Assembly (NCBI GenBank): GCA_951406725.2
Contig: OX597840.1
Span: 2,604,001-2,668,000, forward strand
Reading direction: 5' to 3'
DNA: 64,000 bases
From: Octopus vulgaris
Taxonomy: Eukaryota
Shown: positions 1 through 14,720 of the stretch, in pieces
Position numbering within the stretch: position 1 is the first letter of the stretch
How the letters are laid out: each line of letters starts with the position of its first letter
Notes under the pieces: generated by a model
What the model saw: the letters and a program-made list of their open reading frames with translations, nothing else
Database searches by the model: none
Told to the model about the DNA's origin: nothing
Translations under genes and position numbers: made by a program

Positions 1-570
1 CATCACCTCCTCCACCAGTAGTAGTAGCAGTAGTAGTAGTAGTTGTTGTAGTAGTAGTAGTAGTAGTAGTAGTAGCAGCAGCAGCAGCAAATTCAGCTTT
101 CTCTTGCATTAAAATTACCACTTCTAATGGTATGCATTGTCAACCGCTCAGACCGAATATTGTAAGACATACGATCCGCCATTCATTCAATTGTGTTTGT
201 CCAAACAGAACTGAATTGATATTTTCATATTGACCCCTATAAGACGAAAGGCAAATATCGAGCTAGATAAGATTTGAACCCAGATCGCAGCGGACAGGAA
301 TAAATAAACATTGCATAGCATCCTACCCATCACTCTAACAATTCTGCCAAAGTTAGTCGATTTTTTCCTTGAGTTCCCAGAGGTAACGTAAGAGAAAATA
401 TGTTTTGTTTCTTCCCGTTCCAATTATTCTGCAGAATTTATTCGATTTATTCATTGAATAAACAGACGAATCGTATTACGGAATAAGCTTTGTCTTTTAC
501 TTTTGGTCAACATTAATTTCCCCAAGTGGAAAACTAGGAGAAAAAAGCCATTATAATAAAACAAAAAATA

Positions 571-735
571 GGCGTAGGAGTGGCTGAGTGGTAAGTAGCT
601 TGCTTACCAACCACATGGCTCCGGGTTCAATCCCACTGCGTGGCACCTTGGGCAAGTGTCTTCTACTATAGCCTCGGGTCGACCAAAGCCTTGCGAGTGG
701 ATTTGGTAGACGGAAGGTGAAAGAAGCCCGTTGTG

Positions 736-808
<73 letters not shown>

Positions 809-811
809 ATA

Positions 812-874
<63 letters not shown>

Positions 875-1110
875 GTATGTATATGTATATGTTTGTGTGT
901 CTGTGTTTGTCCCCCCTAGCATTGCTTGACAACCGATGCTGGTGTGTTTACGTCCCCATAACCTAGCAGTTCGGCAAAAGAGACTGACAGAATAAGTACT
1001 AGGCTTACAAAGAATAAGTCCTGGGGTTCATCTGCTCGACTAAAGGCGGTGCTCCAGCATGGCCACAGTGAAATGACTGAAACAAATAAAAGAGTATAGC
1101 GTAAAAGAGT
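571..1110 (+). mobile_element. tRNA-derived SINE family A (internal TA/CA microsatellite)
   Basis: A-box-like GTGGCTGAGTGGT, B-box-like GGTTCAATCCC, then CCTTGGGCAAGTGTC; homologous copies or fragments near 3740-4105, 5865-6610, 8383-8640, 16443-16690, 31195-31400, 32125-32280, 41860-42075, 60515-60910 and 63575-63690. Confidence 0.8.
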
Positions 1111-1443
1111 AACAGGTTTACATAAAGCCTTCAGTCATTAGAATTATTTCTCCTGTCAACGTATTTCCATTTATTTAATGTAGTTCCTTCTAAAACTTGA
1201 AATCACTTACTTTTGAAGTGGATGATCTCTTTTGCAAAACAATTCAAATACTAAAGCAGTCCGATTTGCAGTTTGTAACATGTGAACATATTTTCCATTT
1301 AAAGAAGTAATACGATATGATATAAGGATTTAGAAATCATGCAGCTATCACAGAAAGATCCTTATTTGGAATTGGTTACCAGTCTACGCAGTACCGAAAT
1401 GCAACCTGAAAATTCAAACGGTAATATAAGACTTCTCTATTAT

Positions 1444-1740
1444 GTGGAGGCACATGGCCTAGTGGTTAGAGCAGCCGAATCGCGTTCGAGGGATCGCGGG
1501 TTCGAATCTAAGACCGGGCGATGTGTGTGTTTATGAGCGAAACACCTAAGCTCCACGCGGCTCCGGCAGAAGGTAATGGCGGACTTCTGCTGACTCTTTC
1601 GCCACAATTTTCTCTCACTCTTTCCTCCTGCATCTTGCAGCTCACCTGCGACAGACCAGCATCCAGTCCAGGTGGGGAACCTATACAGCAAGGAAACCGG
1701 GAAACCGGCCGTTATGAGCCAGGCATGGCTCGTGAAGGAA
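1444..1740 (+). mobile_element. tRNA-derived SINE family B, tail type 1
   Basis: tRNA-like head (TGGCCTAGTGG ... GGTTCGAATC); 13-bp TSD ACTTCTCTATTAT at 1431-1443 and 1741-1753; similar copy at 31776-32080. Confidence 0.85.
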
Positions 1741-2363
1741 ACTTCTCTATTATTACAGACGTTTTGTGACGTTCTTCGTGTAGTAATAATTACAATATGA
1801 AAAATTATAGGCTTATGTTTTAATCAATTATTATTCTCATCATAATACAATACAACTGAATATTCACAAATGGCTGTAAATAAAGAATATCACCAGAATA
1901 TCCTGGCAATATCTACTCTTCAATTTCATGCTTTATTTTCCACTTAAATGTATGTTGAGATGCAACAACTATGAAACAAAAAAAAATACGGAATCATTCT
2001 TCATCCTGAAGGAAACTAATTGATTGAAATTTATCATCTACCATCTTGTGTACGTATAAGGAATTTTGGGCAACGATATTTCACTGAAATGTCACCTTAA
2101 TATTCTGGAGAAAATTGATATAAAATATTCTCTTTGACATTTATCGTCTCTCGCTGGCAAATATTACGAGCGTGCACATGCCTGTTCCCAAGAACTTTCA
2201 TATATTTGTATGATGTGCTAGATATTGCAGCCAATTTACTTTACATCAACCCGAAAAATACAACCGATATGATGAAAACAGAAACGTCTATATATATATT
2301 GCAGCCATCTAACTTAGTACAGATATTCGACATAATATACACACATATACATGTGTTTGTATG

Positions 2364-2421
<58 letters not shown>

Positions 2422-2904
2422 ATAAATTACATTTTATAAAGGGCTTAGTAAAATAAAATAAATTACTTTGCCACATACTGAACTCATAAATTGTTGAAAT
2501 ATATAATTGTTGAAATTATATATATATATATATATATACATATACCATTAAATAAAGTAATATGAAAATAATTTTTTTCATATCAATTTATTTTCGGTAT
2601 AATAATTGTTTGCTATGGTTTAAAATATTACATATTTTAGAATGATATGGAAAGAAAATATTCAGTTTGTTAAATTAAATATTTGTAGAAGAATTTTATT
2701 TTTTAATACTAATTTACTATTTATGAAAGAATAAATATTTTAAAAAATAACTGTATTTATGTCACGAGAGAACAAACATGCAACAGCAACGTTTGAGTTG
2801 CGTTACAGTTTTGTATTCCAGTCTATTGCATTTTGCAGTAGAATTCTTGAAGAATGTGTTATTCTTCCAAATAATTATTCTTCCAAATTTTTTGTTATGT
2901 ATAT

Positions 2905-3322
2905 CTGTTTCTTTACTACCCACAAGGGGCTAAACACAGAGAAGACAAACAAGGACAAACAAGTGGATTAAGTCGATTAGATCGGCCCAGTGCGTAACTG
3001 GTATTTATTTAATCGACCCCGAAAGGATGAAAGGCAGAATCGACCTCGGAGGAATTTGATCTCAGAACGTAGCGACAGACGAAATACCTATTTTTTTACT
3101 ACCCACAAGGGGCTAAACACAGAGAGGACAAACAAGGGCGGACAAAGAAATTAAGTCGATTAGATCGACTTCAATGTGTGACTGGTACTTATTTAATCGA
3201 CCACGAAAGGATGAAAGGCAAAGTCAACCTCGGCGGAATTTGAACTCAGAACGTAGCCGCAGACGAAATACCTCTAAGCATTTCGCCCGGCGTGCGAACG
3301 TTTCTGCCAGCTCGCCACCTTA
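2905..3322 (-). mobile_element. SINE family C, dimeric copy
   Basis: Two tandem units containing GCCTTTCATCCTTTCGGGGTCGAT (minus strand), one head; TSD-like TTTTTTGTYATGT on both sides. Confidence 0.8.
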
Positions 3323-3335
3323 TTTTTTGTCATGT

Positions 3336-3720
3336 GGAAGCACTCCGTCGGTTACGACGATGAGGGTTCCGGTTGATCCGAATCAACGGAACAGCCTGCT
3401 CGTGAGATTAACGTGCAAGTGGCTGAGCACTCCACAGACACATGTACCCTTAACGTAGTTCTCGGGGATATTCAGCGTGACACAGAGAGTGACAAGGCCG
3501 GCCCTTTGAAATACAGGTACAACAGAAACAGGACGTAAGAGTGAGAGAAAGTTGTGGTGAAAGAGTACAGCAGGGATCACGACCATCCTCTGCCGGAGCC
3601 TCGTGGAGCTTTTAGGTGTTTTCGCTCAATAAACACTCACAACGCCCGGTCTGGGAATCGAAACCGCGATCCTATGACCGCGAGTCCGCTGCCCTAACCA
3701 CTGGGCCATTGCGCCTCCAC
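3336..3720 (-). mobile_element. SINE family B, tail type 2
   Basis: Reverse complement of the 43018-43390 copy; TSD TTTTTTGTCATGT at 3323-3335 and 3721-3733. Confidence 0.85.
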
Positions 3721-4489
3721 TTTTTTGTCATGTATATTACTCCTGCAATGAAGCATGCTTTGCAATTGCAAAGCTTCGGTTCAGTCCCACTGCGCTCCAC
3801 TTCAGTCAAGAACCTTCTGACCAACCTTTGTGTGTGAATTTTTTTAGATGACGATTGTGTGGAAATCTGTCGTATGTATGCACATATGTATATATGTGTT
3901 TATTTTCGTTTATTTACCTGTGGGTCCAAGCTTGGCTACTCGCAGTGGTTAGCTTACATCCCTGTAACTTAGCGATTTAGCGAAAGATCCCGATAGAAGG
4001 ATTACCAGACTTAAAATAAGTAATGGGACCGATTTATTCGGCTAAACACTTTAAGGGGATACTGTATCATGGCCGCAGTCCAATGACAGAAACTAATAAA
4101 AGATGAAAAATACAAAAGAAAAACAGAAAATATTTTGTTACGCGGATAATATTTAATAATTATAGTTAAAAAATATCTGAAATGTTAAAATTATATCATA
4201 ATTAATATTCAGTTTTTTTTAATTAAATATTTCTAGAAAAATATTATTTCAAATCGCCGATTTTAAAATTACTATTTGGGAAAAAAACTTGCTTAAATTT
4301 GCGTATCAGCGTCGTATTCGCCCAGAAGAGGCAAGGAGTGGTGTTTTCTTAGACATCATGATATTTCTGTTCCGAAAACTGAATTAATTCGTTGAAATAT
4401 ATATTAGTCAACGAATGCGAAAATATGAATAAGTAACGCTAACTCTGTCTTGGGGAAATAGCATAGAAACAGAAGCAATATTTGTCACT

Positions 4490-4810
4490 CCATGTGGATA
4501 AGCATTCCATCGGTTGCAACGAATAGGGTTTCAGTTGATCCGATCAACAGAACAGCCTGGTCATGAAATTAACGTGCAAGTACTCCACAGACACACATAC
4601 TCTTTAAAGTGGTTCTTAGGGATATTCTACGCGACATAGAAAGTGAAAAACCAGACCCTTTGTAAGACAGGTACTACTCATTTTTACCAGCTGAGTAGAC
4701 GGGAGCAACGTGAAATAAAGTGTCTTGCTCAAGGACACAATGCGTCGACAGAAATCGAACTCACGACCTTACGATCTTGACCTAAATACTCTAAACACTG
4801 AGCCGCCGTT
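4490..4810 (-). mobile_element. Degenerate SINE sharing the tail of B type 2 and a central block with 15690-15965
   Basis: GTTGATCCGATCAACAGAACAGCCTG matches ~3371-3398; CAGCTGAGT..GGAGCAA..GAAATAAAG.GTCTTGCTCAAG matches ~15897-15942. Confidence 0.6.
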
Positions 4811-5162
4811 CAAGAATTTGGACCTGGAGATCTCCATTTCCAGCGACTTCGAGGGCCACCTCTCAGTGGTGTCGCGCGTCAACGAAGCGCCCTCGACTAC
4901 AACATGACGAACAAATTATTTTTTCCAATGTCTGGGGTTTCCCGCCACTAAGCCCTGGACCATCACCTAATCACCCTTACTCGCCTTGTTGCTTAACAAC
5001 AACAAAAAAATACTAAGTCACACTCCATCACAACGAAGGCAAACAACAGAACAATTTTCTAAAGAGCAGCAGCAATGCATTTTGGCTGGAAACACTATGG
5101 AAACTAAGCAGAAGACCAACGTTCCCAAGATCAGTGAGACTTTATTTTGGCTCTAAATAACT

Positions 5163-5385
5163 ATTTCTTTACTACCCACAAGGGGCTAAACACAGAGAGG
5201 ACAAACAAGGACAGACAAAGGGATTAAGTCGATTACATCGACCCCTGTGCGCTACTGGTACTTATTTAATCGACCCCGGAAGGATGAAAGGCAAAGTCGA
5301 CCTCGGCGGAATTTGAACTCAGAACGTAGCGGCAGACGAAATACCGCAAAGCATTTCGCCCGGCGTGATAACGATTCTGCCAGCA
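5163..5385 (-). mobile_element. SINE family C monomer
   Basis: Near-identical to the other family C units. Confidence 0.8.
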
Positions 5386-5864
5386 GAAACAAACACAAAA
5401 TGAATTCTTTAAATAAACATAATCTGGCGCCTGCTTCCTCACGTCATCGACAATCAAGACAGAAGGTCCAGTAATGCTTTTATGAAACTTAGCCAACAGA
5501 AATTGCCAATCAAATGATACTCTATACACCGTCCACGGTGTTAATGATAATGCATTATCTTCCAGTATACCGAAACGCGGTCCTCCAGCATGGCCACAGT
5601 CAAATGACTGAAGCAAGTAAAAGAGAAAAAAGTGAGCACAAGTTTCCTAATTTTGTAAGAAAGGGAGATAATTAATCACATTGATATCAGTCAGTGCCGA
5701 AGAGTTACAAATTATATCGACCCCAACAGGATAAAATGCCAAGACGACCTCTGTGGGATTTGAACTCAGAAGAACATCAAACCAGATAAAATGCTACTAA
5801 GTGTTTTATCCGACATCCTAACGATTATGCCGCTTCCCGCCTTCATATATCTTTAAATCTCCTA

Positions 5865-6094
5865 ATCTTTTACTCATTTCAGTCGTTTGACTGCGGCAAT
5901 GCTGGAACACCGCCTTTAGTGGAGCAAATCGACCCCAGGACTTCTTTGTAAGCCTAGTACTTATTCCATCGGTCTCTTATGCCGAACCGCTAAGTTACGG
6001 GGACGTAAACACACCAGCATCGGTTGTCGAGCAATGTTGGGGGGACAAACACAAACACACAAATACAGACACACACACACACACACATTATATA

Positions 6095-6173
<79 letters not shown>

Positions 6174-6610
6174 TTATACATGATAATAATATATGGGAAT
6201 ATTATACCAAACTTACAGGAAAAAATTCAATTTAGATATACTAAATCAAATTTCACAAAATATAATATAATATATATATAAAAGTTAGGAAAAAAATACC
6301 ACCTTTTATCAATTCAATAATGAAAAATTAAATTATACCATTTAGAAAAATTACATATAATAGAAAGTTTAAATATAAAGTCAAACATATAACAATGATT
6401 ATTTAATATGCAAAATAGCAAATACGACGGGCTTCTTTCAGTTTCCGTCTACCAAATCCACTCACAAGGCTTGGTCAGCCCGAGGCTATAGCAGAAGACA
6501 CTTGTGCGAGGTGCCACGCAGTGGGACTGAACCTGGAACCATATGATTGATAAGCAAGCCACATAACACACAGCCAATCCTGCGCCTAAAGCTACTTACC
6601 ACACAGCCAC
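5865..6610 (-). mobile_element. SINE family A with AT-rich insertion at ~6180-6420
   Basis: Reverse complement of 571-1110, split at the internal microsatellite. Confidence 0.75.
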
Positions 6611-6967
6611 TCAAGGCATTAAAAGATAGTTTATACAAACTGCACCGAGAAAGACAACCTAAATTCCTGCAATTTCCTAAAATATTTATAGCATATGAAT
6701 ATATCATATTATATATTTATTAATATATATATGTATTATATTGAACTGTGTTATATATTTATATTGTACTATTAAACATATTTATAACAATTCAAAGTAT
6801 TCATAATCTAATATAATTATCTATTTTTCTGAAAATGAAAATAGTGTTAAATTTTAATAACTTTCTAACCCTTTCAAAGACTCTTTATATTTAAACGAAA
6901 TATATTTTATATCAAAGATAGCTTTTTAAATGCAAAAACAATTTAAATATTTAATTCTGCCTTTTAT

Positions 6968-6995
6968 GTCACCAACGTGACGCGAATCCAACTAG
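6968..6995 (+). mobile_element. Possible Helitron 3' terminus
   Basis: GTCAC-caac-GTGAC hairpin 10 nt before CTAG|T; 5' end not found. Confidence 0.35.
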
Positions 6996-7068
6996 TATTA
7001 TATGAAAATAAACTCGACTAATGTTGAGTGCTTGTGTCTGTTATATATGACAATAATATGGGGAGAGT

Positions 7069-7505
7069 GAATCTTTTCGGTTTGAACGGCAGTTTTTTAA
7101 AATAATTTCCACGTAACTAAACACTTTTAAACTTCGTATACTGGTAGAATGTGTTTATAAAACATCTTTGTTCTCTTGGCTTTATTGAGAAAATTCTATG
7201 GTTTGTAAGATATTTGTTGTTTTTTTCTTCAATTTTTGCAAGAATCAATGACGTCTATTGAGGTGAAAACATTCTGTGCCGTATGAATATGTCCCTCATT
7301 TAAGAAACAGATTGGGTTTATTTACATTTCTGAAGAAAAAAGATACCCTTCCCCCCATCCTTAACCCTAATCCTAGCCCTAACCCTAACTAACCCTAATC
7401 CTAAAATAGATTGAAATGCAATAGATCGATACTAGGGGCATAATTATGGGTGAAAATTTCATATGACACCGCTAGAAAAAACTGCCGTTCAAACCGAAAA
7501 AATCC
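7069..7505. mobile_element. Non-autonomous DNA transposon (MITE) with ~30-bp TIRs, 8-bp TSD and internal (CCCTAA)-like repeats
   Basis: TTTTCGGTTTGAACGGCAGTTTTTT present inverted at both ends; TSD GGGAGAGT at 7061-7068 and 7506-7513; telomere-like hexamers at ~7361-7404. Confidence 0.85.
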
Positions 7506-7812
7506 GGGAGAGTTTTGTAGTCAAGGTCAAGAGATTGTGGTTTCAAATCCCGAATCCGGCGGTTTGCATTGTGTCCTTGATTGAAACAATTGGTCTCATT
7601 TTGCACTGTGATCACTTCGACAGGTAACTTGGAAAACACCGTGCACCTTGTCTGACAATGACTATTCGATAGAGATAGTGAACTAATATAAAGCAAGGAT
7701 ATTTGATCACTATAAACGAATTATCTGCTTTGTCCGGCAGCAGAGTCCATGACCTGCGGATGTATAAACATCTGTGTGTACAAGTGTGTGCATGTATTTG
7801 CATATATGCATT

Positions 7813-8086
<274 letters not shown>

Positions 8087-8092
8087 TGTTTT

Positions 8093-8332
8093 CCTCCCTG
8101 GCTGAGGTTACCGTGGTCTTTTCTGTAGGCTTTTCTTCCCACGGATGAACCCAATCTTGTTTTCTTAAAGTTTTTAAAAATTTGTTTCTGTGATACACGA
8201 TCCTTTTTTCCCCGATCCCTTTTAATCGGAATTTTACATTTATTTCCTTTTTTCTTTTTCCATCTTCGAAAAGAAAAGCTCTACATTTGTATTTGTCCCC
8301 TCTGTATTCAGCCCTCTGTGGCCAATAAAGAT
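8093..8332 (+). repeat. Interspersed repeat, second copy at ~35912-36230
   Basis: CTGAGGTTACCGTGGTCTTT ... CTGTATTCAGCCCT..GTGGCCAATAAAG shared by both copies. Confidence 0.7.
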
Positions 8333-8519
8333 ACTTATCTACCTATCTATCTACCTATCTCTATATATAAATATAAATATACAGGTGCAGGCGTGGCAGT
8401 GTTGTCAGAATCTTGCTTCCCTATCGCATGGTTCCGGGTTCAATCCCATTGCGTATCACTTTGGGTAAGTGTCTTCTACTGTGACTTCGAGCCGACCAAA
8501 TACTTGTGAGTGGAACGGC

Positions 8520-8612
8520 TGACGGATACGGAAAGAAGCTCGTCGAATATATACGGATACTGACAGAAGCTCGTCGAACGTTTGACGGATACTGAAAGAA
8601 GCTTGTCGAATA
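8520..8612 (+). repeat. Three ~29-33-bp tandem units inside a SINE A fragment
   Basis: ACGGATAC.GA.AGAAGCT.GTCGAA occurs three times. Confidence 0.75.
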
Positions 8613-8813
8613 TATACATGTGTGTGCGTGTGTGTGTGTGTGTACATGTACTTCCTTTAAATTGAAGTACGTCTTCAAACCTTACTTTTATGAATATATG
8701 CATTTTATTACAGAAATAGAACGCTATACATCAAAAGTCTATAGTATCATCCTTTGGCGATTCCCTCCCTCTCCTTCCCTTTCTCTCTCTCTTTGTTTCT
8801 TTCTCTATCTATC

Positions 8814-8850
<37 letters not shown>

Positions 8851-8855
8851 GACAG

Positions 8856-8948
<93 letters not shown>

Positions 8949-8973
8949 TATATAAGAAATCATAAGCAATGTA

Positions 8974-9027
<54 letters not shown>

Positions 9028-10129
9028 CTGTCATATATACAGACATACAAATATATATATATATACGTATGAGATCATAAGCAATATAGACTCACCTTCC
9101 GGCAAAGGTATCTCCAAACAGCCAGACAACAGACGATCTTCAGTTTGGATGTTCTAAAATTCTTTGAATGCGTTGAACATCCGCTTCTTTCATTGTCCAA
9201 CCCACTGCAACAAATCTATAATTTATCATAAGTGTTGATCCCTTGTGGTGCCTGAAATCTTAGAATACATCCTCTTCAAGTACTTCACCATTTCTCTGCC
9301 GGTTCGCTTTGTAATCGTTGTTGTTGCTGTTGTTATTGTTTTGGTTTTCCACCACCATCCTCTCCATGTACTCGAAAATTTCTTTACCTGTTTCATGGTC
9401 TGTAGATGCTGTTATTTTTCTTTAACCACAGGTAATTTATTATTAAATTTATATGGCATCAAAGAGCTTCCAGACGTGACCTTTCAGTCCTTTGATTATT
9501 AAACACAGTGTATATAGTACAACAATAGCCATAGTGTTATTCTTTTGAAGCGCTATTCGACGGCGTGTTGGCCGTTTCGTTTAGAACGATGGATTGCTTA
9601 AAACTTGGAGCGACTATCTACGCTCAGAGTTCAAATACCACCAAACTTAACTTTGCTTTCACTCCTTCAGATGCGGTGATGTAAATATACCAACATCGGT
9701 GGTCAAGCGGTAGCGGGTGGACAAGCACAGACACAAAGACCCCAATACTCACACCTGCACCTAAAAATACTTATTTCAATCCAAATACTTTCAAATAGAC
9801 AGAGGGAGATAACCCGTTGTTCTTGACTTTTAGAATAAGTAGTCTTTTTTTTTAAAAAAAAACTACCTTATTTTTTCCTTTATTTTGCACAAATCTTTGA
9901 ATTCCTCATAGAAGTATAATATAATTTTTTTTATCCCTCTAATAGATTTTCTGCATGTTTCAACGTATCTGTTAGTACACTGAAATGCTACATAATATTC
10001 ATAGTAATAAAGTTTCTTTAGAATAAGTAAAGGAACATTTCCTTCATATTTGAACGATAAAGGTATATTTTTAAATTTTATTTTTAATGTGTACCCTTTC
10101 CTATTAATTGATCTTAACCAGTGAAGATA

Positions 10130-10351
10130 TATGCCCCTACTGACTGCCGCACAGCGGGAACAAACAAGGACAGACAAACGGATTAAGTCGATCATATCGA
10201 CCCCAGTGCGCAATTGGTACTTATTTAATCGACCCCGAAAGGATGAAAGGCAAAGTCGACCTCGGCGGAATTTGAACTAAGAACGTAGCTGCAGACGAAA
10301 TACCGCTCAGCATTTCGCCCGGCGTGCTAACGTTTCTGCCAGCTCGCCGCC

Positions 10352-10353
<2 letters not shown>
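10130..10353 (-). mobile_element. SINE family C monomer
   Basis: Homology to family C, including the head. Confidence 0.8.
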
Positions 10354-10391
<38 letters not shown>

Positions 10392-10414
<23 letters not shown>

Positions 10415-10967
10415 GCCCTGATGCAGTACAAGGCAGTGGCTCTCGTGGTTCTGACCATAACTGATTGGAAGTGTTATCATGTACATTTTTTTCTTGTCTT
10501 GGTATAAAAGTGATGGGCTACAGCAAATATTCTGCTCAATACCACAGATTTGCTTGTCAGTTGTTTGACCTTAACCAGATGAGCATGTCCCTTAGTGGCT
10601 GACGATATGTGCATCTCTGATCACGAGCAGAAGTAGTGGGGGAGCATCATAGCCATGTGTTGAGAGGGATTCTTTGGGGTTTGGATAATTCACCTCCGGA
10701 AACATTGATGTTTTGTTCATCATTCTTAAACAACCCTTATTCAGGGACCTTTTGAATGGGATGGGCTAATCGACCTGAAGAAAATACTAACTGGGCCCCA
10801 CCTGATAGGTCATGTGCTGTTTATCTTGATATGAGATCACCATGTCGCGCATATATAGTTGTGATGCATGTGCCTAGTGTACCCTATCGGACGGGTGCTC
10901 ATGATGGGTATACTGGGTGTCGTATATTTGACCCCAGTGTCACTTTGATGGCATGCACTGCTCTCTC

Positions 10968-10968
<1 letters not shown>
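10392..10968. mobile_element. ~570-bp interspersed repeat family D embedded in (TAA)n
   Basis: Co-linear with 44229-44784 with matching ends; (TAA)n on both sides. Confidence 0.75.
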
Positions 10969-11005
<37 letters not shown>

Positions 11006-11029
11006 GGTTATGGATACAAAAAAAATAAA

Positions 11030-11661
11030 TGAGAATGATGGTAATGATGATCATGATGTTGATGATGATGATGATGATGATGATTATGATGATGATGATG
11101 ATGATGATGATGCTGATGATGATAAATAATGAGGAAATAAATATAATTCAATTGAGATTGGATTTAAGAAAAAAACCACGTTGCAAAAGAAATCAATAAC
11201 GCCATACAACAAAGCTGCTGCTGGTGACGATGATGATGACAATGATGATGATGATGATGATGATGGGGAGAAGAAGGTGAGGATTACGAGGAAAGGAGAG
11301 GAGGATGGGAGAAGAAGCAGAGGAGGAGAGGAAAGGAGGGGCGGATGAGAGAAAGAGGAGGGGAGGAAGAGGAGAGAAGTGGCAGAAGTGGAGGAGAAGA
11401 TGAGGAGGGAAAGGGTAAATAAATGACGATAATTATGGAGATATTGATGTTGGTGGTAAGTTTGTCGCTCATGATGATGATGATGTTGATTGTTCAGCTT
11501 GTGATGATGTCAACAATGACGATGGTAATGATGATGATCGCTGTGGTGGTAGTGGTGATGTTGTTGGTGATGATGATGATGATGATGATGCAGAAGAGAT
11601 GATGATGATGATGATGATGAGGATAATGATGATGATGATGACATTGATGATGAAGATGATG

Positions 11662-11693
<32 letters not shown>

Positions 11694-11772
11694 GATGGTG
11701 ATGGTGATGATGATGATGATGATGGTGATGATGAAGATGATGATGGTGATGGTGATGATGATGAAGATGATG

Positions 11773-11826
<54 letters not shown>

Positions 11827-12940
11827 GTGATGATGAAGATGGTGATGGTGATGACATTGATGATGAAGATGATGATCATCATCATCTAAGTAATCATCAT
11901 CTTCAAGATAATAGTAATGGAGTCATTTGTGATGATGATGATGAGGAAGAGGTGGATGATGTTGCTGCAGATGCTTCTGTAAAATTTGATTGTGCTTGTG
12001 ATGAAAATCATTAGGATGATGATAATGATGAGGAGGAGGGAGAGGGGAGGAGAAGGACAACGACGACGGCGACGATGATGATGTGGAGGAGATCAGATGA
12101 TGATGATGATGTAGAGGAAAATAAACAGGAAAGGAGAAGACGAAGAGGAGGAGAAGGTGAAGGGGAAGAGGGAGGGCAAGAACGAGGTGAGGGGAAAGTA
12201 GAGGTGAAGGGAAGCGGCGACATACAGGATGATGTAGGCGTCGAAGGGAGAAGCCTTGATGTAGGTGGCCAAACGGTTGTTGAAAGGGTGGGGATCCTTG
12301 TGGCTGAAGATGAGGAGTAAGGGAAGAAGAAGAAGAAGAAGAAAGACGACGACGAGGAGGAGGACGATAGGGAGGACAAGAAGAAGAAGGAGAAGAAGGA
12401 GAAAAAGAAGGAGGGGGAGAGGAAAGAGGAGGAGAGGACGACTACGACGACGATGGGGAGAGCAAGTAAAAGAAGACGAGTAAGAAAAAGAAGAGAAAGT
12501 AGAAAAAGAATGGGTAGATGAAGAAGAAAAGAATGAAGAAGGAGTAGGATGTCAACGATGGGGAAGACGACGACGATGGGGAGGACAAGAAGAAGAAGGA
12601 GGAGGAGGAGGAGGAGGAAGAGGCGGGGAAAAGAAAGAACAAAAACAAAACATGGACAGAAGATGAAGAATGAGTTGAAGAACAAGTACAAGAACAAGAA
12701 CAGGAAGAAGAAGAAGAAGAAGAAGAAGAAGAAGAAGAAGGAGGATGAGGAGAAGAAGAAGAAGAAGAAGAAGAAGAAGGAGGAGAAGAAGAAGAAAAAG
12801 AAGGAGGAAGAAGAAGAAGAAGAAGAAGAAGAAAGGAGGAGGAGAAGAAGAAGAAGAAGAAGGAGGAGAAGAAGAAGAAGAAGAAGAAGAAGAAGAAGAA
12901 GAAGAAGAAGAAGAAGAAGAAGAAGAAGAAGAAGATGCGA
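11030..12940. repeat. Low-complexity (GAT)n/(GGA)n/(GAA)n block
   Basis: Direct reading. Confidence 0.95.
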
Positions 12941-13359
12941 TGGAGGATGTGTATAGCAAGAAGCGAATGGAGATAAAGGAAAAAAGAAAAAGATATCAGA
13001 AAAAATAATGAAAACGAAGAAAACAAAGGCAAGTAAAAAGAAATTTCAATGGCTGTAGGAAGAGGAGGACATATGAAGAAATTTTTCAATTTTTCAGAAA
13101 CACAAAAACTATCTAACAAATATTGTAAAAATAATCAAAATTGAAGAGAAAATCGATATTCTAAAGATGTTAACTAAGCAATCCCGCTGAGAACCGTCTG
13201 TAATTCTGGCATAGTTTAATAAATGTCTTGTGGGGTAGAAAGAGAGAGAGAGAGAGGGGGAGAGAGAAAGAGACGTGGTGATCAGAGAGAGAGAGTGAGA
13301 GAGAGATATAGAAAGAGAGACAAGGGCAGATGGAGGAGTGAAAATGGAAGGGCGAAAAT

Positions 13360-14720
<1,361 letters not shown>

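Noticed and set aside
551-966. YIYI-type ORFs here and throughout the window
   Set aside because: (TA)n artefacts
1444-1520. tRNA gene
   Set aside because: tRNA-like head continues into a multicopy body with a TSD, so it is a SINE
2265-2292. TGATGA...GAAACGTC hammerhead-like string
   Set aside because: No stem II and the core C is missing
7361-7404. True telomere or chromosome fusion scar
   Set aside because: Short, degenerate and internal to a TSD-bounded TIR element
9946-10026. Possible decayed hammerhead on the minus strand (CTAAAGA-AAC ... GTT-GAAA-CATG-CA)
   Set aside because: Needs two core or cleavage-site changes and stem I is weak; not counted
11469-13119. Acidic, basic or Ser-rich ORFs (also 24562-27023, 48746-49387, 56080-56779)
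   Set aside because: Low-complexity repeats that lack stop codons by composition; no domain signal
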